This document shows positions 38,209 to 48,506 of a stretch of DNA of 64,000 bases, in pieces. Each line of letters opens with the position of its first letter. Position 1 is the stretch's first letter. Source of the DNA: Squalus acanthias. Taxonomy: Eukaryota. A model generated the notes under the pieces. It ran no database searches, was not told the DNA's origin, and worked only from the letters and a program-made list of their open reading frames with translations. The translations under genes were made by a program, and so were the position numbers. The DNA lies in assembly GCA_030390025.1 (NCBI GenBank), contig CM059431.1, forward strand, positions 105,216,001 through 105,280,000, read 5' to 3'.

Positions 38209-40703
38209 GGGCCAAAAATTCGGCACTTGCCGGGTGAGTACGCACTGTGTACTCACCCGTAAGGCCGCCTGAAGTGCCGGTTTCCTGCATGCACTGAGCA
38301 TGCGCGGGAAACCAGAACTTCCGGTCTCGTGAAGGGGGCGGTTCAGAGGTGAACCGCATGCGCGGTAGAGGCTGCGCGCACGCAGCAAACGTAGATTTTT
38401 TTTCAGGTTTCTCCGGGAGGGTTGTAGAATTCGCAAAATTATCGCGATTTTATATAATAAGGAGGAGACACATAGCTTCGTACAAACAGCTTTATTTCAG
38501 CAGAATGCTGTCAGCTTTTCAAAGTGGACACAAGCAGCCTGTAAAATGGCCGCCACGCCTCGTGGCAGAACGTTCTAGACTTTCAATGAGCAGACAAGAT
38601 GGCGTTCCAATAAACATTTATGCGAGATCGTACAAGACTCAGCACATTTGAGATAATTGACAAGACATAATGGGTTTGCATTTTATACATAAATACTGGA
38701 ATCGGTCTCCCAGGTGCGAATAAGGGCTATTGTACCGAGCGATCAAGGACCCATCCAAAGACATTAATATGCAAAATCCCCACGACTCTACGATGAGAGA
38801 GCCGTTTGCGGGTAGTTACAGAAAACATTTGGAAGCCCCAAAAGCCCTCCAGGGAGAATACTGACCGGTTACACAATGGGAGAAGTATTAACGGGTACTC
38901 AGGCAGTTACAAGTATCACCGAAACCCATTAAACGGAGATCACCCTATACAAAAAGTTTGAGCGCCAAAACCCTGACAAAAGAAAGACATTAAGATTGGG
39001 CGGGAAAAGAGGAATTACAGCACTATAACTGTAAGGTACAACCGTCCATCGCTCTCTTGTGTCTCTTGCCGTTTGCTCTTGTCTCGTGGATCCTGACTCT
39101 TGACTGCTGCCTCTGCCTCTTGCTGCTCTTGCTGTTTGACTTGCTGGAAGACTATTGAACTTTTATTCTCTTGCCTGACGGCTCTGGACTCTGATCCGCC
39201 AGGATCAACCTCGTGGCTTGCCGCGAAGATCTGTGTGGAACTGGGCTGTGAGGCCTTGAAACGGGCACACCATCCCGAGAAGTCGGTAAACGGTGTTGGA
39301 ACCGAAGGCCCGAGATGAGATGAGATGAGATGAGATGAGATGAGAAGAGAAGAAGACAACAATACATATCGCCACGGTCAGTAAGCCCCGACCGCGCCTG
39401 CAAGTCGAATAAACACTTTCCTTGCCCAGGAAGACCATTCTTTGAGTTTTACAAACTGGTGAGGGCACAGGAAGACCATTCTTCGAGTTTTATCGCATCG
39501 GTGTGAGGGCACAGGAAGACTATTTTTTGAGTCGTGTCGGAACTCCGAGGACAACACAGATCTTCATGACAGCAGACGGTCCAGCCTGCTAGCCGGAGCA
39601 GAAACGAGTAAACAAGTGGGGTACAGAGACCCCTGATCGACACGTGGGTGGTCAGGTGCTGCGGGAAAAACATCCGAGCAGAGTTTTCGGAATTCTCCGA
39701 GTTATCACGAGTGGTGAGCATGAGTCTCGATCCTACAAATCTAGTTTAGGACAGGTATTGATAGGGGAGGGTTTAAGTTTTAAGGATAATTGTAATGTGT
39801 GCCCCCTTTTACGATGTGTCGTGCGCTCCTCGTTTCCCTAAAATTAGCTACATAACTGCGTGTAAGATTGTACTGTCATTAATCTGTGCTTATGACATGT
39901 ATTTCGTAATCTTGAATAATATGCAATAAAGATTTTCCATTTCGCACTATTCAACCGGGTCTACCTGAGTTTTTCTCTGCATTATTGCTCTCGCACCTAA
40001 GTCCAGTGTCAGAACCGTAAGGGCGAATGGGTCGAACCACTCACAGGTGTCTAGTGCTACCCGGCTGGCTGGAGACCAAAACAGGCAACAAGGCCTAACC
40101 TCGCACGAGCACCCAGGCTAAGCACAGAGCCACAGGCGTTTCACCCCTTACAGGGTAAGTATTGAAGAAGCTGCGCATTTAAAAAGGAGGCGCAGGACCC
40201 GTTTTCAACAAGGTAAGTGATTAATTACAATTTAAAAACATTTTCAACAGGTTTATCTTTTTAAGATACTTTAAAGAAAGGTAAGTTTATTTTTAGCACT
40301 GATAAAAATATTTAAATTTTTTCAAAAATTCAAATTTTTGTTTAAAGTAGTTAATTTATTTAACTTATAGTTATTTTAAAAATGTGATGTCTTTTTTTTA
40401 AATTTATTTGAAGTTTAGGTGTTGTTTTGGGGCCGATTTCAATTCATAGATTTGACAGGTCTTCCTGTCAAATCTATGAATGAAAGATGGACTGCTGCCA
40501 TTGGCTCTCCATGGCCCACGTGATCCCAGGGGGCGCATCGCACTAACTACGCCCCTGGGACACGCAAGCACTGCGCGCCGGCAGTTGGGGCAGGCCCAGG
40601 AGCTGAAGTCCCCATGGGCCCAGAGGTCAACGGCAGGCGCGGTAGGTAGGTGCACGCGGGATCCTTGCACCCGCGGGAAGCCAGGGAGCCTAATTTCTGG
40701 GCC
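38209..40703. mobile_element. Harbinger-like MITE family A (reverse of 1376-2140) carrying a solo LTR
   Basis: TIRs gggccaaaaatt/aatttctgggcc; 3-bp TSD att 38206-38208/40704-40706. Confidence 0.9.
38423..40152 (+). mobile_element. Solo LTR, 1730 bp
   Basis: tgta..taca termini; TSD gggt 38419-38422/40153-40156; empty site visible at about 1921-1940; AATAAA near 39408 and 39925; (GAGAT)n and 40-50-bp internal repeats. Confidence 0.92.
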
Positions 40704-41585
40704 ATTGTTTTGTGACATTTCCCATACCAATGCACAGCAGGATATGAAGGCACACGGAGCTAATTATTACCGTGGATTATGGTATCCAAGTGCTTCTGTG
40801 TCAGGTGGTTAGTCTATTTAGTCTCAAATATTTTCAGCAGTTTCTGATTTGTGCCAGTTTCCCTGTTGTTTTGGTTTGATTTAAAGAAACCTTTGGCTTG
40901 TGTAATGTCAGAGACTGTGGCTGTGGTGTATTGATGAACAGGAGAATCAAAGGTGTCTATCAATGCTTTTGTGTAGGTGTCTCTCAGTGCTATGTAAGAT
41001 GTGCCATTGTTTTGTAGGTTGTAATCCTGTCATGTTGCACTTGTTTACCAATCTATCACCAGCTTAAATGTGTTTGAAAGTATGTAGGTCTCCTCAGAGT
41101 GTGAGGGGAGGGGTTCTGATGTAGTAGTTTGTTATTCTCTGTATTTCATGCAACTGTGTCAGCAGCTGAATTACATTCTTTTGCAGGAGTCACACGCTAC
41201 TGTTGAGGTTGGTTCTGCTGCTCCACGTCCAGTTAATGTTCCTTCCCCTTCTGTTATATCTTCTATGGTTGTGTTGCATTCTTCCCTGTCAATCGTGCAT
41301 ACAGTCTCTTCAAATAAGTCAGATATATTCTTTTTCAGTTTTGGTGTCTAATTTATAATAGCTTTAGGTTTTAATTACTGGTAACTTTGTTATTGGTAAA
41401 ATTATTGTGCGAGGGACTCCAGTTTTAGTCATTAAAAGTCAGTTATTCCAGTTGTTGAGGCATCTCTGAACAATATTTCCATTGATGTAGGTGTCATGAG
41501 TGCATGTAATCTCATAACAGCGGGGCACGACTGACATCGCCATCAGTTATTTTGCAATCACATGTGAAATTGATACATTTTAAAT

Positions 41586-43048
41586 ATGAGAAGTCGCACA
41601 GCACCAGGTTATAGTCCAACAGTTTTATTTGAAATCACAAGCTTTCGGAGCGGCTGCTCCTTCGTCAGGTGAAGTAAAGGAATACAAATCGACAAAGCAT
41701 ATATAGACAGAGAACAATGCATGTGTAACGTACACTGGCAGACGACTACATTTAATCCTCCTGACTGCCTTTTGTCACACCTCGGCAGATAAACAATCAG
41801 GTCAGCCAGGAAGGCACCACATCAAAGACATAGCAAGATACAACTGAGACAATGAGGTGGGGTTACAGGGGGTCTAATGTGTCAAAAGCTGCAGTCGGTA
41901 TGGAAAACGATAAACTTTAACATTTTTACTTATTTTTACTGGAAATCACATCTGAACAAGCCAACGACGACTCGAGTCTGGATGACTCTACGTCATGTAT
42001 CGTGACATGAACCCAAGATCCCGGTTGAGGCCGTCCTCATGAGTGCGGAACTTGGCTATCAGTTTCTGCTCGATGATTTTGCGTTGTCGTGTGTCTCTAA
42101 GGCCGCCTTGGAGAACGCTTACCCGCAGATCCGAGGCTGAATGTCCTTGACTGCTGAAGTGTTCCCGACTGGGAGGTAACAATCCTGCCTGGCGATTGTT
42201 GCGCGGTGTCCGTTCATACGTTGTCTCAGTGTCTGCATGGTCTCGCCGATGTACCATGCCGCGGTGCATTCTTTCCTGCAACGTATCAGGTAGACAACGT
42301 TGGCCGAGTCACATGAGTATGTACCATGTACCTGGTGGGTAGTGTCCTCACATGTGATGATGGTATCTGTGTTGATGATCTGGTTTGTCTTGCAGAGGTT
42401 GACGTGGCAGGGTTGTGTGGTGTCGTGGTCGCTGTTATCCTGAAAGCTGGGTAATTTGCTGCGAGCGATGGTACTTCTGAGGTTAGGCGGCTGTTTGAAG
42501 GCAAGTAGTGGAGGCGTGGGGATGGCCTTAGCGAGGTGTTCGTCGTCATCGATGACATGTTGAAGGCTGCGAAGAACATGGCGTAGTTTCTCCGCTCCGG
42601 GGAAGTACTGGACGACGTAGGGTACCCTGTTGGTTGTGTCCCGTGTTTGCCTTCTGAGGAGGTCTATGCGATTTTTCGCTGTGGCCCGTCGGAACTGTCG
42701 ATCGATGAGTCGAGCATCATATCCCGTTCTTACAAGGGCGTTTTTCAGCATCCGTAGGTGTCCATCGCGTTCCTCCTCGTCTGAGCAGATCCTGTGTATT
42801 CGCAGGGCTTGTCCATAGGGGATGGCTTCTTTAATGTGGTTAGGGTGGAAGCTGGAGAAGTGGAGCATCGTGAGGTTGTCCGTGGGCTTGCGGTAGAGTG
42901 AAGTGCTGAGGTGTCCGTCTTTGATGGAGATTCGTGTGTCCAGGAATGAAACCGATTCTGAGGAGTAGTCCATGGTGAGTTTGATGGTGGGATGAACTTG
43001 TTGATGTTATCGTGTAGTCTTTTCAGTGATCCTTCGCCGTGGGTCCAT
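41586..43048 (-). mobile_element. Penelope-like retroelement, 5'-truncated (RT C-terminus, GIY-YIG endonuclease, terminus)
   Basis: SFLD..YRKPT, IPYGQALR, VVYLIRC..C...YIGET...RMNGH, E.KLI..F.T...GLN; frameshift near 42170. Confidence 0.95.
41635..41672 (-). ncRNA. Minimal type I hammerhead ribozyme motif
   Basis: Minus strand ucac-CUGACGA-a-GGAGC-agcc-GCUCC-GAAA-gc-UU-guga. Confidence 0.8.
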
Positions 43049-43100
43049 TTTAAATATGTTCCAGCAAACATTTCTGAGAATTGTAAATCACGGAGGCTAA

Positions 43101-43736
43101 GGGCTGGATTTTGATACTGGGGCGGGTTGGAGTCGTGTTATCCACCCGACTGCGATTGGATGTGGGAGATTGATGCGATTTTCACCTAATTGGGCAATTG
43201 AGTTCCAGTCAGTGGGAACCCATGACCCAATTAGTGTTTTCAGTCTAAAAGTCGCCTCTGATGATGTCATCATTGCTGCTGCATTGAAGGTCTGCAAAGA
43301 CTGCCTGGCCTTTGCTGTGAGAGGACCTGAAGGCAAAATGAGCAGCAGCAGCCCTAAGTCTGCTCCCAGATATTTTTCCTCCACCACCACCACCACCGTA
43401 ATAGTGGACCTGCAGCAGATAGTCAGCTATCTAAATATGCTCCCGCCAGGTTTCACATTCGTGGTTCAGAACAGGCGTGCTTCACGTAGAAAAAGGGTTA
43501 AAATCACAAAGGCCTTTCAAAATGGCATTATAGAGGCAATTTAGTGCTTGTTAAGGGCCTTAACAGCCTATCCCACCTCTTAGAGGCGGGACGGAGTCGG
43601 GACCAGCAGACACGATTAAATGAAAATTGCGTGGAGGCGTGATGGAGGCGGGCTTGTGCCCGCCCGCCAGTTTTCGCAATTTTAACCCCCCACACGCCTC
43701 CAAACCCACCTCCACGGGTCAATGAAAATTCTGCCC
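43101..43736. mobile_element. Harbinger MITE, family C
   Basis: TIR gggctggatttt/aaaattctgccc; TSD taa 43098-43100/43737-43739; reverse copy at 54872-55607. Confidence 0.9.
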
Positions 43737-43836
43737 TAAGACTCCACATTGATAGGCATATTATAACATTTTTAGGAGGATTAATAAGAAATAAAGGAAT
43801 GCTGTACTTTTTTCCTGTAAGCTGCAAAAAGATAAT

Positions 43837-44588
43837 GGCCCAGAATTTGCTGGAGTGATGCATCTCACGGCTTTCTCCCTCACCCTTCAGATCGAAATTT
43901 ATTTGCCCCGCAAGTTGCTGGGAGTGCGAGCTGATAACACGCAGCAAGGGCAGCGGGGCATCTGTGAGCTTGAACGACGGGACCAACAGTCTATCTTCTG
44001 AACCCATGAGATTTAACGATTGAGAAAGAAACAGAGGAACGATGGAGAAGGAAATAGGGTGAATTAGAGTCAAATTAGATACGGAAAGAGAAATAAAGGG
44101 AGAGAAAGAAAGATTGGATTAAGAGAGAGAGAGAAAAAAAAAGAGACAGAAAGGAAAGTAAGAAAAAAATGAAAACATTTAAAAAAAAATTAAATCTCCA
44201 AGGTGAATTTACTACCTGCAGGAATGAGACTCCACGGTTTCAGTTGTTCCTTTTCTGGGCCAGAGAGGTTGAGTGCTATTGCACGAACAGAAATCTCGGC
44301 ATTAAAAGTGCCCTTACGTTGTTAAATACCAGCCCTAACTTCCTGTGATGAGTTTAATTAGTAATTAATGCGCAAATGCAGCAATTTGGCAAAACTCACA
44401 GGAAGGTTGAGGGCGAGCTGATGTTTTCACAAGGCTAATGGTGGAGGGATGCAAATCGTCCAGCAACCTGTGGCGATTCGCAACTCACCGGGGTATCTCT
44501 GCCTCGCCACAAGTTGCTGGATGATTTGCACACTAATAACAGCGAGCGCCATTAAACTCACTGTTCATCTGGCAGCAAATTCTGTGCC
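43837..44588. mobile_element. Harbinger-like MITE, family B
   Basis: TIR ggcccagaatttgctg/cagcaaattctgtgcc; TSD aat. Confidence 0.88.
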
Positions 44589-44773
44589 AATTTGCAGTAA
44601 CTGTGAGACTGGTGTGAGCTTAACCACCTTTCTTCATCTGGAAAGGGCATTGATCTGAAAGACAGATGTGATAGCAGAAAGAGACTGGAGAATTTCAGAA
44701 CAGACAAACTGTAAGTATACACAGACCCTCAATTTTTAATTTTGGTATATATTAAAATTAAAATGTTTTGCCA

Positions 44774-45770
44774 GACCATAAGTTTTTTTTTGAAGTGAAA
44801 TAAAGTTGTAACAGACGGTCTTTCACTGATAAGTGGACATGGAATTTGCTTTGATGTGCTTTACTCAAAGACAGCAAACATGGTTGTGACTGCAGGGGGT
44901 AGTCATAGACAAAAGATGCGGAGATGCCGGTGTTGGACTGGGGTGGACAAAAGTGAGAAGTCGCACAACACCAGGTTATAGTCCAACAGTTTTATTTGAA
45001 ATCACAAGCTTTCGGAGCGTTGCTCCTTCGTCAGGTGAAGGAGCAGCGCTCCGAAAGCTTGTGATTTCAAATAAAACTGTTGGACTATACCTGGTGTTGT
45101 GCGACTTCTCACTTATAGACAAAAGAGATAAACAAACCCCCTTAGATTTGCAGACATCGTGTCTACAACAAAACAGGCCACAAGGTTGTAGAATGATTTT
45201 TGGTGGCTAAAGGGGAGGAGTCAATCCTTTGGAGTTCTGAAATACAGAATACGACGTAATACATGAAATGTGACCAAGCGGTTTTCTGCCACTTCTGTAA
45301 ACTTTTATGAGTGAATGAACAATTTTGAGCTTTGATAAAGGCAGCTAACGGGTAGCCACACAGGATGTGTGAGTGTGAAAGTTTGACAGCTCAAACAACT
45401 CAGGTCGAAGATTAAAGGAACATTTCACCATTTCTGAATGATTGATTTACTGAAAAAGGCAAGGACGACTGTATAAAAAACCAGTGACGGAAAATTTCGG
45501 CACTGTAGTCAGAAGGAGGGTCCTGGCTGATCGTCTCAACTCGAAGAGCTGCCGTCGAAAGGCGGAGAGCTGCCGTCGAAAGGAAGTGGCCTACAATCAA
45601 CGCTGGACTGATGTTCCACAAGTGATTGTATGTATGATTTCTTGTAACATTATGGGTGTACAATCATGTTTGCTGCCTTTTAATAAAGCACATCAAAGTA
45701 AATTCCATGTCCATTTATCAGTGAAAGACAGTCTGTTACAACTTTATTTCACTTCGAAAATAAACTGGTC
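44774..45770. repeat. About 115-bp inverted repeats enclosing an LTR-like spacer
   Basis: 44774-44888 is the reverse complement of 45660-45770 with scattered mismatches. Confidence 0.85.
44917..45114. mobile_element. Penelope terminal fold-back mini-insertion with a hammerhead motif (45002-45038, minus)
   Basis: About 78-bp near-perfect arms; 12-bp TSD atagacaaaaga 44905-44916/45115-45126; matches 41588-41673. Confidence 0.9.
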
Positions 45771-45774
45771 CAAA

Positions 45775-46512
45775 TTATTATTTAAATGGAGAGAGAATAC
45801 AAAATGCTACAGTTCAGAGGGACCTGGGGGTCCTTGTGCATAAAAGACAAAAAGTTAGCATGCAGGTACAGCAAGTAATCAAAAAGGCAAATGGAATGTT
45901 GGCCTTTATTTCAAGGGGTTGGAGTATAAAAGCAGGGAAGTCCTGTTACAACTGTACAGGGTATTGGTGAGACTGCACCTTGAGTACTGCGTACAATTTT
46001 GGTCTCCTTATTTAAGGAAAGATATACTTGCATTGGAGGCAGTTCAGAGACGATTCACTAGGTTAATTCCAGAGATGAGGGTGTTGACTTATGAGGAAAG
46101 GTTGAGCAGGCTGGGCCTATACTCATTTGAATTTAGAAGAATGAGAGGTGATCTTATCGAAACATATAAGATACTGAGGGGATGTTTCCCCTCGTATAGA
46201 AATCTAGAACGCGGGGGCACAGTTTTAGAATAAAGGGACGCCCTTTTAGAACTGAAATGAGGAGTAATTTCTTCTCTCAGAGGGTCGTAAATCTGTGGAA
46301 TTCTCTGCCCCAGAGAGCCGTGGAGGCTGGGTCATTAAATACATTTAAGGCGGAGATAGACAAATTTTTGCAAGATAAGGGAGTGAAGGGTTATGGGGAG
46401 CGGGCGGGGAAGTGGATTTGAGCCCAAGATCAGCCATGATCTTATTGAATGGCGGAGCAGGCTTGAGGGGCCAAGTGGCCTATTCCTGCTCCTATTTCCT
46501 ATGTTCTTATGT
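45775..46512 (+). mobile_element. CR1 3' fragment
   Basis: ORF 45919..46233 ([11 protein letters not shown]); 3' hairpin and tatgttct tail. Confidence 0.93.
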
Positions 46513-48506
46513 ACTGCTCGAATAGTGGTTGCGGTTTTGAATCTGTCTCAGGAACACTAAAAGGTTATAGGCAGAATCCGTGTGTCTGGTGTAATTTCTC
46601 GTAAGTCTCAAGTCCGAACTCTATAACCTGTTGGGCGGGGCGAAGGTTAATTCCGCATGTCCTACAAACGAGGGGTAGCTACTTGGGGACTGTTTTAAAA
46701 ATGTGTTTATGGGATCAGGGCGTCGCTGGCAATGTCAGGATTTATTGCCTATCTCTAGTTGCCCTTGAGAAGGTGGTGGTGAGCCGCCTTCTTGAACCGC
46801 TGCAGTCCGTGTGGTGAAAGTGCTCACACAGTGCTGTTAGGTAGGGAGTTCCAGGATTTTGACCCAGCGACGATGAAGGATCGGCGATATACTTCTAAGT
46901 CAGGATGGTGTGTGACTTGGAGGGGAACTTGGAGGTGGTGGTGTTCCCATGCACCTGCTGTCCTTGTCCTTTTAGGTGGAAGAGGTCGCGGGTTTGGGAG
47001 GTGCTGCCAAAGAAGCCTTGGCGAGTTGCTGCAGTGCATCTTGTAGATGGTACACATTGCAGCCACGGTACGCCGGTGGTGGAGGGAGTGAATATTTATG
47101 GTGGTGGATTGGGTGCCAATCAAGCGGGCTGCTTTGTCCTGGATGGTGTCGAGCTTCTTGAGTGTTGTTGGAGCTGCACCCATCCAGGCAAGTGGAGAGT
47201 ATTCCATCACACTCCTTACTTGTGCCTTGTAGATGGTGGAAAGGCTTTGGGGAGTCAGGAGGTGAGAAACTCGCCGCAGAATACCCAGCCTCTGACCTGC
47301 TCTTGTTGCCACAGTATTTATGTGGCTGGTCCAGTTAAGTTTCTGGTTAATGGTGACCCCCAGGATGTTGATAGTGGGGGATTCGGCGATGGTAATGCCA
47401 TTGAATGTCAAGGGGAGGTGGTTAGACTCTCGCTTGTTGAAGATAGTCATTGCCTGGCACTTCTGTGGCGTGAATGTTACCTGCCACTTATCAGACCAAG
47501 CCTGAACGTCGTCCAAGTCTTGTTACATGCGGGCATGGACTGCTTCATTGTCTGTGGTGTTGTGAATGGCGCTGAACACTGTGCAGTCATCAGCGAACAT
47601 CCCCATTTCTGACCTTATGTTGGAGGGAAGGTCATTGATGAAGCAGCTGAAGATGGTTGGGCCTAGGACACTGCCCTGAGGAACTCCTGCAGCGATGTCC
47701 TGGGGCTGTGATGATTGACCTTCAACCACCACAGCCATCTTCCTTTGTGCTAGGTATGACTCCAGCCAGTGGAGCATTTTCCCCCTGATTCCCATTGACT
47801 TCAGCTTTACTAGGGCTCCTTGATGCCACACTCGGTCAAATGCTGCCTTGATGTCAAGGGCAGTCACTCTCACCTCACCTCTGGAATTCAGCTCCTTTGT
47901 CCATGTTTGGACTAAGGCTGTAATGAGGTCGGGAGCTGAGTAGTCTTGGTAGAACCCAAACTGGGCATCAGTGAGCAGGTTATTGGTGAGTAAGTGCCGC
48001 TTGATAGCACTGTCGATGACACCTTCCATCACTTTGCTGATGATTGAGAGTAGACTGATGGGGTGGTAATTGGCCAGGTTGGATTTGTCCTGCTTTTTGT
48101 GGGAAGTTTTCCACATTGTCGGATAGATGCCAGTGTTGTAGCTGTACTGGAACAGCTTGGCTAGAGGTGCGGCTACCTCTGGAGCACAAGTCTTCAGCAC
48201 GATAGCCGGGATGTTGTCGGGGCCCATAGCCTTTGCTGTATCCTGTGTGCTCAGCCGTTTCTTGATATCACGTGGAGTGAATCAAATTGGCTGAAGAATG
48301 GCTTCTGTGATGGTGGGGTCCTCAGGAGGAGGCCGATATGGATCATCCACTCGGCACTTCTGGCTGAAGTTGGTTGCAAACGCTTCAGCCTTGTCTTTTG
48401 CACTCACATAGAAACATAGAAACATAGAAAATAGGTACAGGAGTAGACCATTCGGTCCTTCGAGCCTGCACCGCCATTCAATGCGTTCATGGCTGAACAT
48501 GCTACC

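Noticed and set aside
40760..41400. Strand-biased, coding-like decayed sequence
   Set aside because: Multiple stops and no recognisable motif; probably an old repeat.
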